Below, one piece after another: positions 44,291 through 53,536 of a stretch of 64,000 nucleotides of DNA. This stretch comes from Synechococcus sp. (GTDB lineage Bacteria > Cyanobacteriota > Cyanobacteriia > PCC-6307 > Cyanobiaceae). Location: contig JBJBEO010000001.1 of assembly GCA_047284725.1 (NCBI GenBank), forward strand, positions 1,976,203-2,040,202, written 5' to 3'. The notes beneath the pieces are model-generated. The model was given only the letters and a program-made list of their open reading frames with translations, was not told the origin of the DNA and did not search any database. Positions within the stretch are counted from its first letter, which is position 1. Every line of letters begins with the position of its first letter. A program made the translations under genes and the position numbers.

Positions 44291-45830
44291 GCCCAGGCCA
44301 AGCTTCTGCGGGCACTTTGAGCCGGAACAGATCCTCGAGGGCGTCGATCACCGCATCGATGCCCATGCCATCGGTGATCAGTTCAGTGGCATCAGCCGCC
44401 TGCACGAGGGGTGCCACGTCGCGAGTGCTGTCGAGATGATCACGCTCAACAATCTGAGCTTCCAGTTCGTTGAGGGCTGGCACCTCGAAGCCACGACGCT
44501 CCAGATCCAGAGCCCTGCGGCGGGCGCGCTCGGCGGGTGTGGCAGTCAGAAACACCTTCAGCTCAGCATCGGGGAATACCGCCGTGCCGATGTCCCTTCC
44601 TTCCGCCACCAGACCGCCCCTCTGGCCCATTCGCTGCTGCTGCGCTGTCAATAACGCCCGAACGCAGGCATGGGCAGCCACCACCGACACCTTCGCCGTC
44701 ACCCGAGGATCACGGATCACGTCGGTGACGGCTTTGCCGTTCACCCGCACGCCTTGTACACCATCGCGAAGAGGATCCAACTCCACCTCCAATCCCTGCA
44801 GGCAGGGCTCCACAGCCGCTGCATCAGCAGGGTCAAACCCCTGCTCCAACACCCACCAGGTCACAGCGCGATACATCGCCCCTGTATCGAGGTAAAGGAG
44901 CCCCATCCGCTCCGCAAAGGCGCGGGTCACAGTGCTCTTCCCAGCACCGGCAGGGCCGTCGATGGCAACGATGGGCGAACGGGTCATCAGAACGGTGTGA
45001 TCAATCAGACGGGTGGACCCGCATCGCGCGGCCACAGCCAGCAACCGACAGGTCTGATCGGCTGCAGCGGGTTGCAACGTGCGGGGATCCACCACCTCTA
45101 CATAGTCCACCTCAAACCCCGCCGAGGTCAGGGCGATCGTCAAAGCTGCCGTATTCAGATCGCGGGATCCGCTTTGCACAGCGGCCGCCTCCTGTTGCAA
45201 CAGACGGGGTAACACTGCGGCCTGTTGGCGCTGATCAGGCGTGAGATAACGATTGCGGGAACTGCTGGCCAAGCCATCCAGCTCCCGCACCGTGGGGCAC
45301 CCCATCACCCGCACAGAAAGGCCCAGAGCCTTGACCAGATGGCGAAGGATGGTGAGCTGTTGCCAGTCCTTCTCTCCCAGCATCAGCACCGAAGGACGAA
45401 CGAGTGAGAGCAAGCGGGTCACCACCGTGGCAACACCATCGAAATGCCCTGGGCGACTCGCACCGCAGAGATGCTGCTGCAGGCTCTGCGGCACCTGCAG
45501 GCGAAACACCTGGTCCGAGCCATCGGGATAAATCTGCGCATCCGTCGGACACCAGAGCGCATCGACGCCAGCCTGAGCGGCCACGAGGCAGTCGGCGTCG
45601 AGATCCCTGGGATACTGCTCGAAATCCTCACCAGCGCCGAACTGGAGAGGATTGACGTAGACACTGGCTAGGACTGCAGAAGGGTCGGCACTCACAGCAC
45701 GGGCATGGACCATCAAGCGGCCATGGCCCTGGTGCAGACCGCCCATGGTGGGAACGAAATGCACCGGCCTGGCCTGCTGAGCGCGCCAATGCTGCAGCTC
45801 AGAGAGTGTTCTGAGAACCTGAACGGTCAG
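44268..45830 (-). CDS. panC/cmk: Bifunctional pantoate--beta-alanine ligase / cytidylate kinase
   Basis: FVPTMGGLHQGH, RPGHFDGV, SSRN, RLIDH, then AIDGPAGAGKST; probable CTG start at 45830 (first canonical start is GTG 45764). Confidence 0.93.
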   Translation of the reverse strand: MTVQVLRTLSELQHWRAQQARPVHFVPTMGGLHQGHGRLMVHARAVSADPSAVLASVYVNPLQFGAGEDFEQYPRDLDADCLVAAQAGVDALWCPTDAQIYPDGSDQVFRLQVPQSLQQHLCGASRPGHFDGVATVVTRLLSLVRPSVLMLGEKDWQQLTILRHLVKALGLSVRVMGCPTVRELDGLASSSRNRYLTPDQRQQAAVLPRLLQQEAAAVQSGSRDLNTAALTIALTSAGFEVDYVEVVDPRTLQPAAADQTCRLLAVAARCGSTRLIDHTVLMTRSPIVAIDGPAGAGKSTVTRAFAERMGLLYLDTGAMYRAVTWWVLEQGFDPADAAAVEPCLQGLEVELDPLRDGVQGVRVNGKAVTDVIRDPRVTAKVSVVAAHACVRALLTAQQQRMGQRGGLVAEGRDIGTAVFPDAELKVFLTATPAERARRRALDLERRGFEVPALNELEAQIVERDHLDSTRDVAPLVQAADATELITDGMGIDAVIDALEDLFRLKVPAEAWPGPNDRSGA

Positions 45831-46420
45831 CGAAGCACCTCAAGGCGAACCTGAGCGATGCCACTGGCCACGAGGCCCAGTTGATTCGCTGCGCCGTGGG
45901 CCAGGTCAATCACTCGATGGCCAATAAAAGGGCCTCGATCGTTGATACGAACCACCGCTGAACGACCATTCCAGAGGTTGGTCACGCGCACCTTCGTACC
46001 GAAGGGCAGAGTTCGATGGGCAGCAGTCAGAGTGCCGGGACGGAAGACTTCACCATTAGCGGTGCGATTGCCATAAAAGCCAGGTCCGTACCAGCTTGCC
46101 TCACCCGTGCTCACAGAAACAACACTCGGCTGCGCAGGCGAAGGCTGTACAGCAGGGGCGGTGATCGCCGTCTCAGGCTTTGGTGCTGATTGGCTGCTGG
46201 GAGCAGACGCGGGAACGTCTTCAACAACTTCAGAGTCTTCAGCTTCAACCATTTCAGCGTCTTCAACCTCTGAACCAAAAGGCTGAAGAGGCTGGCTGAG
46301 CACGGCGTCGAGAGACTCGCGCACAGTGTCAGCTTCGATCTCACGAGCCAGAACGGGGAACAACGCCACGCCACTGGAGATGAAACCCGTCAGGAGCAGA
46401 AGTGAAAGAGGAGAGCGCAT
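45827..46420 (-). CDS. rlpA: RlpA-family septal lytic transglycosylase
   Basis: Signal peptide, low-complexity linker, ASWYG...TAAHRTLPFG...RINDRGPF DPBB domain. Confidence 0.93.
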   Translation of the reverse strand: MRSPLSLLLLTGFISSGVALFPVLAREIEADTVRESLDAVLSQPLQPFGSEVEDAEMVEAEDSEVVEDVPASAPSSQSAPKPETAITAPAVQPSPAQPSVVSVSTGEASWYGPGFYGNRTANGEVFRPGTLTAAHRTLPFGTKVRVTNLWNGRSAVVRINDRGPFIGHRVIDLAHGAANQLGLVASGIAQVRLEVLR

Positions 46421-46795
46421 GCCATGCGGAAGTCCGGCGAAACAGAACCCCTGAGGGCTTGACGTCCAATGACTGATTGAATTGCAATCAGCTGGATCGA
46501 CAATCGTCTGCTGACAACCTCAGGAAGTCGAAGAACAGACGAACACTAAGGAGCGATTGCAGGGTGGTCGAGAGCCACAACCATCACGACTGGCAGCCTT
46601 GGCCATCAACAAAAAACACTCACTTGTCAGAGCTGAAGGAGCAAGTAAAGCCTTCAGGAGCACCGACATCAATCAGCCAAGCTGATCAAACGACCCCGCA
46701 CAGCTAATCAATCAGGCAGCCAACCGGGCGACTGTCCCAAGACCTCGACGCGAGAGGATCAAGAAAAGCCGTAACGGGTTCGCCCGATCGTCAGG

Positions 46796-47833
46796 ATGGA
46801 CTACAAGACCGCAGGCGTTGACGTGGAGGCCGGACGGGCGTTTGTCGACAGAATCCGATCAAGCGTAGAAGCCACCTTCAGGCCAGAAGTTGTTGGAGGG
46901 CTGGGGGGCTTCGGAGGCATGATGCGCCTGCCGTCGGGACTTCGCCGCCCCCTACTGGTTTCTGGCACCGATGGCGTTGGCACCAAGCTTGAGCTCGCTC
47001 AAGAGCATGGCAAGCACCACAACGTGGGAATCGACCTTGTGGCGATGTGCGTCAACGACGTGATCACATCAGGCGCTGCACCGTTGTTTTTTCTCGATTA
47101 CATGGCCACCGGTACCCTCAGCCCTGAAGCGATGGCTGAAGTTGTGGAGGGCATCGCCGACGGCTGCCGCCAAAGCGGCTGCGCTCTTCTGGGCGGGGAA
47201 ACTGCAGAAATGCCAGGGTTCTACCCGAAAGGCCGTTATGACCTTGCCGGCTTCTGCGTGGCCGTGGTCGAAGAAGACGAAGTGGTCGACGGCAAAGCCA
47301 TCAAGGCAGGGGATCGCATCGTCGGCGTGGCCAGCAGTGGTGTGCACAGCAACGGGTTCAGCCTGGTTCGCAAAGTGTTGGCCATGGTTCAAGCCGATGG
47401 CCAGACCCGATACGGCAATGCCAACACGCCTCTGATCGAAGCGCTGCTCTCCCCCACCACGCTTTACGGGGGGCTGGTGCAGAACCTGCGGGACAACGGT
47501 TTGCCCCTGCACGGCATGGCTCACATCACCGGCGGAGGCCTGCCGGAGAACCTGCCACGCTGCATGCCCGCAGGCCTGGTGCCTTGGGTGGATCCAACCA
47601 GCTGGCCGCGGCCCGAACTCTTCACCTGGCTGCAGCACAGCGGAGAGATCCCAGAGAGGGATCTCTGGCACACCTTCAATATGGGAGTTGGGTTCTGCTT
47701 GATTCTCCCGGAAGAGGCAGCTGATCAGGCGCTAGACCTCTGCAGACAACTGAACCTGCCGGCTTGGTGCATCGGAGAGGTGAAGACAAGCGCAGGTGAC
47801 CTCGATGCAGCCGTTGTCGGCCTGCCGAGGTGA
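46796..47833 (+). CDS. purM: Phosphoribosylformylglycinamidine cyclo-ligase
   Basis: [32 protein letters not shown]. Confidence 0.98.
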   Translation: MDYKTAGVDVEAGRAFVDRIRSSVEATFRPEVVGGLGGFGGMMRLPSGLRRPLLVSGTDGVGTKLELAQEHGKHHNVGIDLVAMCVNDVITSGAAPLFFLDYMATGTLSPEAMAEVVEGIADGCRQSGCALLGGETAEMPGFYPKGRYDLAGFCVAVVEEDEVVDGKAIKAGDRIVGVASSGVHSNGFSLVRKVLAMVQADGQTRYGNANTPLIEALLSPTTLYGGLVQNLRDNGLPLHGMAHITGGGLPENLPRCMPAGLVPWVDPTSWPRPELFTWLQHSGEIPERDLWHTFNMGVGFCLILPEEAADQALDLCRQLNLPAWCIGEVKTSAGDLDAAVVGLPR

Positions 47834-47978
47834 GGCTGCGACGTGCAGACAACGTGAAACCATCAAGTAAAACCGCGTTTCAGCTGATCCCTGCTGACTG
47901 GAAACCGCTTTAAAGTCATTAAAAGCTTTGCTGTTCTCACGAAACAGCATGTGCGCCGTCACATCTTCTTTAGGTTTG

Positions 47979-48608
47979 ATGCCCTTTGATAAACCCCAAC
48001 GCACAACGCGCAGACGCTCGTCTGCGGGACCGGTACCGCCGCGTCGTCCTGCAGCCTCGCCCTATGAGCGCAATCTCAATCGCCAAGGACCACGGCCCAC
48101 GTTTTTAGCGCTCAAAGACCACGGCAAGGTCTACGTGGCTGATATGCCCCATCTCTCCGATGGTCAACTGACACACATCAGCAAGGAAGCGGAAGAGGTT
48201 TTAGCCAGCCTCGAACGCCGCATCTCTGAACTGGAAAACGGTCAGATCATCGCTCAGCCTGAGCGGGACACACTGATCAAGGCCTGCACGAAGCGGGATG
48301 TAACCCACCGCTTCTTGCGAGCCATCCGCGATGAGCAGGAGCATCGACGCAACAACCCAGCGGTGCGCAACGCTGCCAACGAGTCCCTGCCGCGCACGTT
48401 TCTCGAAATTGCCCGGCATCGGCTACCTGGAGCGACCTTCGACTCCCTGCTTCAAGAGGCTCTGACCGCCTGCGACGTTCAACAACAGCATCCGCCTGAA
48501 GATGTTCGTGCAACAACCGCGCCGATCAAGGTGGTGCCTTTGCAGACGGCCGTTTCCAGCCTGCCAGTTGTGGTGAGCCCCGACCCTGAACCTGGAGAAG
48601 CCGTTTAA
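47979..48608 (+). CDS. Conserved hypothetical protein
   Basis: 209-aa ORF with RPTFLALKDHGKVYVADMP and ESLPRTFLEIARHRLPGATFDSLL; AT-rich promoter-like region upstream. Confidence 0.7.
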   Translation: MPFDKPQRTTRRRSSAGPVPPRRPAASPYERNLNRQGPRPTFLALKDHGKVYVADMPHLSDGQLTHISKEAEEVLASLERRISELENGQIIAQPERDTLIKACTKRDVTHRFLRAIRDEQEHRRNNPAVRNAANESLPRTFLEIARHRLPGATFDSLLQEALTACDVQQQHPPEDVRATTAPIKVVPLQTAVSSLPVVVSPDPEPGEAV

Positions 48609-48625
48609 AGCCAGAGGCCCCAGGC

Positions 48626-49609
48626 CTAGGCACTCATGAATGGATTCGCAGGCATCCGCGATGACGTCGCAAGGGCCAGGCTGTCGAGCCGTGCCCTCTC
48701 GCCCTCACTCAGCTGCCAATGCAGCGCTGCAACAGCATCCTGGGCCTGAGCAACCCTTCTCAGGCCTGGCAATGGCATAGCACCGTGGGCTCTGCACCAG
48801 TTGAGAGCCACCTGTGCCAGCGAAGCCGAGTGAGCCTCGGCAATCTTCGCCATCTCCTGACGCAAACTGAGACTGGCGGGGAGAAGACGACGAAACAAGC
48901 CAGCCCGAAGTCGGGTGCAGGGAGGAGGGTTGGCACCAGGGGGCACCGTCAGCACTCCAAGCGCAAGCGGGCTGTAGGCGAGCATCGCAACCCCCAGCTC
49001 TTCACAGGTTTGCTTCAACCCACCGTCCTGCATCGGCTCAGGTGAGAGCAAGGACATCTGAACCTGCAAACTTCTCAGAGGGATCCCACGTGCTCCCATC
49101 CTGGCCTGAAGGGCACGCAGTCGGACCGGGCCGAGGTTGGACACACCCAGCTCAGCCACACGACCAGCCAGCACTAGGTCAGCCAAACCATCGAGAAGGG
49201 GACCCTCCTGCCATGGGGCATAACGAGCGGTGCTCCAATGCAACTGGACGCGATGGAGATGGCCTGACAGGCGGTCGGCGCTCGCGGCAAAGGCACGATC
49301 AAAACCACGACGACCCAGCCGCCAGGGGAAAGGAGCCAGCTTGGTGGCCACCGTGAGCGATGACCGCAGCTGTGGATCCATCGCATCCACCAGCCGACCC
49401 AGCAGCAGCTCACTGCGGCCATTGAAGCGGCCGGTGCCATAGGAATCGGCCGTATCCACCAGGGTCAGTCCACCGCGAACAGCCACCTCCAGCGTCGCGG
49501 CCAGTTCAGGGTCATCCCGCTCAGGCACATAACCCCAAAGCAGCTGATTTCCCCAGGACCAGGTCCCAAAGCCAATACCCGTCACGAGGCCAACCTCACT
49601 CAGCGTCAT
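48626..49609 (-). CDS. Aldo/keto reductase
   Basis: GFGTWSWG, DTADSYG, ATK, LHW, GVSN, AYSPLALG. Confidence 0.93.
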   Translation of the reverse strand: MTLSEVGLVTGIGFGTWSWGNQLLWGYVPERDDPELAATLEVAVRGGLTLVDTADSYGTGRFNGRSELLLGRLVDAMDPQLRSSLTVATKLAPFPWRLGRRGFDRAFAASADRLSGHLHRVQLHWSTARYAPWQEGPLLDGLADLVLAGRVAELGVSNLGPVRLRALQARMGARGIPLRSLQVQMSLLSPEPMQDGGLKQTCEELGVAMLAYSPLALGVLTVPPGANPPPCTRLRAGLFRRLLPASLSLRQEMAKIAEAHSASLAQVALNWCRAHGAMPLPGLRRVAQAQDAVAALHWQLSEGERARLDSLALATSSRMPANPFMSA

Positions 49610-49662
49610 GATCGCGGGAGTGTGATCTCAACCGCTTTCCTGATCCCCTAACAGCCACCATC

Positions 49663-49694
49663 AAAAAAGCCTGGATGTCTGAGCATCCAGGCTT
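49663..49694 (-). terminator. Rho-independent terminator of the displaced linker gene
   Basis: AAAAAAGCCTGGATG-TCTGAG-CATCCAGGCTT (T6 on the minus strand). Confidence 0.85.
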
Positions 49695-49724
49695 GGCACA
49701 CTGACCTGAAACAAGTCAGAGGAA

Positions 49725-50582
49725 TCAATAGCGGTAGCTGAACTTGCCTCCATACATGCGCCGGAAGGCCGCATCGCTGGAGTTTTTGACTGCCTTGGTG
49801 TAGCAGAAGCCCGAGCCATCTCCAGTGAAGCTAGGCGCAGTGATGACAGGAGCCTTGTTGAGCATTTTGACCAAAAGGCTGCCCGAATACATCGCGTTCT
49901 CGGACGTGGCATTGGATGGAGTCAACTCCAGCGTGCCGATGAATGTGGAGCAATACGAACGAGCTTCTGACTTGAAGCCGCGCAGATAAGGAACGGTATC
50001 AATGCCAAAGGTCTCGAGATATTCTTCGGACGTCACCACCTGGTCGACAAAAGCGTCAAAACCCTGGTCAGCGATTAGCTGAATCGCAGCGCTGACCTCC
50101 TGATGGGTACGAGGAGCACGTCCAAGCAGGTGCTTGGTCGTCAACTCGACACCACGCATTGGAGCCACAGCATGGAAAAACTTGTTTTTGTAGAGATCAG
50201 ACTTGACCAATCCGGCCATGAATCCACGAACATCGATCCGACCATCACGGAGGAAAGCCTCCAATGAGGAGAGGCGCTGACTGGACGTCACACCAATACT
50301 GCCAAACACCTGCTTGTAAGCGGCAGCGATAGCAGCCTCAAGGGCCGCTTCTCCAGTGGCTGCATAGGAGTGATTGACCGAGGAGAAAGGGCAATCCTCA
50401 TGCAGGCGAGGACCAGTCCCGAGCCCCATCGAGCCACATTGATTTTCCTTATATTGACCAGAACCTGAAGCAGGCTTACCACCATTAGATTGCGCACTTT
50501 TCGCAGCATTAGCTCGATTAGAATGCGCAAAAGAAACGCGATTCTTATCAGCAAAACTCTGCTTGAGCTTGATGGCAGGCAT
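49725..50582 (-). CDS. Additional PE-II-associated linker (MpeE/F/G family) outside the PBS region
   Basis: CGSMGLGTGPRLHEDCPF motif, linker domain, AFRRMY C-terminus shared with 19562..20464. Confidence 0.88.
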   Translation of the reverse strand: MPAIKLKQSFADKNRVSFAHSNRANAAKSAQSNGGKPASGSGQYKENQCGSMGLGTGPRLHEDCPFSSVNHSYAATGEAALEAAIAAAYKQVFGSIGVTSSQRLSSLEAFLRDGRIDVRGFMAGLVKSDLYKNKFFHAVAPMRGVELTTKHLLGRAPRTHQEVSAAIQLIADQGFDAFVDQVVTSEEYLETFGIDTVPYLRGFKSEARSYCSTFIGTLELTPSNATSENAMYSGSLLVKMLNKAPVITAPSFTGDGSGFCYTKAVKNSSDAAFRRMYGGKFSYRY

Positions 50583-50961
50583 GGCGGGGGTGAAAATAAA
50601 ACCAGCTTTTTTAGGACGCCTTACTGATAAAATACGAAATCTTAGCGATATTTAAAATAAGTCCTGCACCACCGCCCTGGAGCAAGCATCACCGACCAGC
50701 TAGGCCCGCAAAACAGAAAAAACTCCGGCTAGGGCTAAGTTACTTTGCGGAATTGGTCAACGAGAAGACATTGTGATAAGTGCCAAAGAATTATCACGGA
50801 GGTTTCTGCGGCTCTTCTCCAGCGCAGAAATCGGGAGAGTGATCGTGATCAAGTCAATCAACTCTGAAACGCTTTCCGCCTGAGACATAGAGCGACCATG
50901 GATCCACTGCCGAGCCCACCCCAGCGCCAGCCTCGAAGGTGCGCCATGATCAGCAGCCGGG

Positions 50962-51147
50962 ATGGTGCTGATCAGACAAGTGGCAGTGACAAACGAAACG
51001 GAAACGACCCTTTCCACAAGAAATGCTGCGCCTGCTCCTGACGGCTCCCACGAGGTATTGGAAACAGTGCTCTGTGTCCACTGCAAACGCACAGCCAAGA
51101 ATGGGATCCGCTGCCTCGGCATGTGCGTTGCCGACAACGACTACTGA
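50962..51147 (+). CDS. Small Cys-rich protein
   Basis: CVHCKRTAKNGIRCLGMCVADNDY (CxxC-x9-CxxxC). Confidence 0.65.
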   Translation: MVLIRQVAVTNETETTLSTRNAAPAPDGSHEVLETVLCVHCKRTAKNGIRCLGMCVADNDY

Positions 51148-51188
51148 ATCGACTCGCGAACAGAGGCTCATCAGCAGCTCGAAAGCAG

Positions 51189-51710
51189 ATGACAAGCTCC
51201 AGCACTGAAGCACCACATCCCTGCATTCCGCTGTTGAGCGCTGCAGCACTGATGATCGGCCTGTCCAGCCCTGGGGCAGGCGAACCAATCCCTACGATTG
51301 GGAGGCTTCAGCGGAATGCAGCTGAATGCGTTCTGAGTCTTTCGGATCACTCCCAACAACGCTGCAGACGTGTGCAGATTGATCGGAAAACCGAATCCGT
51401 AGTCCGGATCCGCTTCATCGGCGCCAGTGAGACCGAAGGCGTGATCACCAGCCTCAGCTTCGTGAGCGCAGACCCATCAAGCCCCCTGCCAATGAGCTGC
51501 ACCCAGGGTCGCTGCCAGCTTCAGGGCTCAGACCCCTGGGAGGGGCTTGTACTCGGCGCCTCAGAATCCTTCACCAACAGCCTTGGCATCTCGATCGGCG
51601 TCCCCAAAGCCTGGGCCGCCCGTGGCCTTTGCCTTGTCAGCAAGGAGCAAGTGCTCTGCGAGGCCACCCGCAGCGACGGTCTCTCGATCGGGGCAGAAGG
51701 ACGCTTCTGA
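51189..51710 (+). CDS. Putative secreted Cys-containing hypothetical protein
   Basis: Hydrophobic signal-like segment LLSAAALMIGLSSPGAG and paired cysteines; start uncertain. Confidence 0.55.
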   Translation: MTSSSTEAPHPCIPLLSAAALMIGLSSPGAGEPIPTIGRLQRNAAECVLSLSDHSQQRCRRVQIDRKTESVVRIRFIGASETEGVITSLSFVSADPSSPLPMSCTQGRCQLQGSDPWEGLVLGASESFTNSLGISIGVPKAWAARGLCLVSKEQVLCEATRSDGLSIGAEGRF

Positions 51711-51866
51711 AGCCCGACCTGCCTGGCCAGACGGGTGGATGGCAAGATCCCTTGATCACGAAGCTCCAGCGATGCACACTCCACTCAAAGCTGATCTTGG
51801 GGAAGACAGCTGACGTGGATCTGCGCAGAACCGTTCTCGCTGCCTTTGATCGCCTTTCCTCAAAAA

Positions 51867-51937
51867 AGGCGGCACCCAGATTCGAACTGGGGATAAAGGA
51901 TTTGCAATCCTCTGCCTTACCACTTGGCCATGCCGCC
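51867..51937 (-). tRNA. tRNA-Cys(GCA)
   Basis: Minus strand GGCGGCATGGCCAAGTGGTAAGGCAGAGGATTGCAAATCCTTTATCCCCAGTTCGAATCTGGGTGCCGCCT. Confidence 0.97.
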
Positions 51938-51991
51938 ACTCGGGAAACAACGTTTCCACGGACGGATCGTATCAGCGAGAGCGCTGAGGGC

Positions 51992-53257
51992 CTGCTGGTG
52001 ATCTGCAACGGCCATGGCGAAGACCTGATTGCCCTGCGAATCCTGGAGGCCCTTCACCTCATGGCACCGCGCTTGAACCTTTGTGTGCTGCCGCTGGTGG
52101 GGGAAGGGAAAGCCTTTGATCCAGCCGTGAGGCAAGGTTGGCTGACACTGATGGGGCCGAGCGTCCCACTACCCAGCGGAGGCTTCAGCAATCAAAGCTT
52201 GAAGGGGCTGATCGACGACGTTCTGGCAGGCCTGCCCCTGCTCACATGGCAGCAATGGCGGTGCCTGCGCCGCCATCGCCACCAACTGGTTGCCGTGCTG
52301 GCCGTGGGAGACCTGTTACCGCTGCTGATGGCCTGGGGCTCCGGCCTGCGTTTCGGCTTCGTTGGCACGCCCAAGAGCGATTACACCTGGATCAGCGGGC
52401 CTGGCCACAGCCTCAGCGATTGCTATCACCGCTGCAAAGGCAGTGAATGGGACCCGTGGGAATGGGCAACGATGAGCAGTCGACGCTGCAAGCTCGTGGC
52501 CATGCGGGACCGACTGACAGCCCGCCGGCTCAGACACCACCGCATCCAGGCCTTAGCCCCTGGCAATCCCATGATGGATGGGCTGCAGCGAAGCGATCCC
52601 CCGTCCGCACTCGAACGCTGCAGGCGCATTCTTCTGCTCTGCGGCAGTCGCATGCCTGAAGCACTGACAAATGCCGAACGCCTGCTGAAAAGCCTGCAGG
52701 GATTCGAGAGCAGCGTGCCCCTCACCTTGCTGATGGCAACGGGATCGCAACCCTCGCAAGAGACATTGAAACCCGTCCTACGCAAGCTGGGTTTCATGGC
52801 CTGCCCACCCCCTGCAGACGCCCTCGATGCACAGGCCTGCTGGCTTAAAGGGTCCCAGATGCTTCTGATTGGCTGCGGCCGCTTCAACCGCTGGGCAGGC
52901 TGGGCCGAAGTCGGGCTTGCCACCGCAGGCACGGCCACCGAACAACTTGTGGGTCTCGGGATCCCCGCCCTCTCCCTGCCAGGACAAGGACCACAGTTCA
53001 CCAACGGTTTTGCCAAACGGCAAAGTCGACTGCTCGGCGGCGCGGTCAAACCGTGCCGATCAGGCGAGGAACTGCGCCGGCATCTGGCTGCTCTCCTCAG
53101 CGACGCAGGGCTTCGTGATCAGCTGGGAGCGATCGGACGCCAACGCATGGGAGCAGCCGGAGGCAGTCAAGAACTGGCACGGCTGGTGTGTGAAAGATTG
53201 ATCGCGGATACTGACCAGACCAACCCCGTTCGCCATGGCCGGAATCCAGGACCATGA
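51992..53257 (+). CDS. Lipid-A-disaccharide synthase-related GT-B fold protein
   Basis: ICNGHGEDLIA, LPSGGF, AVGD, GNPMMDG, AGTATEQLVGLG, GPQF; start uncertain (see findings). Confidence 0.85.
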   Translation: MLVICNGHGEDLIALRILEALHLMAPRLNLCVLPLVGEGKAFDPAVRQGWLTLMGPSVPLPSGGFSNQSLKGLIDDVLAGLPLLTWQQWRCLRRHRHQLVAVLAVGDLLPLLMAWGSGLRFGFVGTPKSDYTWISGPGHSLSDCYHRCKGSEWDPWEWATMSSRRCKLVAMRDRLTARRLRHHRIQALAPGNPMMDGLQRSDPPSALERCRRILLLCGSRMPEALTNAERLLKSLQGFESSVPLTLLMATGSQPSQETLKPVLRKLGFMACPPPADALDAQACWLKGSQMLLIGCGRFNRWAGWAEVGLATAGTATEQLVGLGIPALSLPGQGPQFTNGFAKRQSRLLGGAVKPCRSGEELRRHLAALLSDAGLRDQLGAIGRQRMGAAGGSQELARLVCERLIADTDQTNPVRHGRNPGP

Positions 53258-53498
53258 CTATCTAAGACTCTGTGCTGAATTGGCACGATTGCTTGGCATC
53301 AGCCAGTCCTCTGCCCGGCGCCGAGTCGAGATGGCAGCGGCGCGAGAAGGGCTGCGCGACATGGAAGCCCGCAAACGCATCGCCGCTGAGCTGCTCGAGC
53401 AGACCAGCACCAGCCAAACCGGCGGGGAGGCTTCAGCGAATCTCGATAGCCTTCTCGTCGCCACCCCGGAAGATGAGAACTTCATGCTCGAGGACTGA
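53235..53498 (+). CDS. Small conserved hypothetical protein
   Basis: 87-aa ORF with LARLLGISQSSARRRVE (HTH-like) and acidic EDENFMLED end. Confidence 0.65.
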   Translation: MAGIQDHDYLRLCAELARLLGISQSSARRRVEMAAAREGLRDMEARKRIAAELLEQTSTSQTGGEASANLDSLLVATPEDENFMLED

Positions 53499-53536
53499 AG
53501 CCTGACGACACCCTCGCCTGGCTCAGTCGCCTTGCT

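Noticed and set aside
46210..46275. Imperfect tandem repeats (CTTCAAC/CTTCAG) in rlpA
   Set aside because: They simply encode an acidic low-complexity linker (EVEDAEMVEAEDSEVVED); not an array.
46421..46795. c-di-AMP (ydaO) or purine riboswitch between rlpA and purM
   Set aside because: Consensus elements were not recognised on either strand.
49689..49712. Faint resemblance to the tRNA-Cys 3' end (possible att scar)
   Set aside because: Too degenerate and partly inside a terminator stem; compatible with chance.
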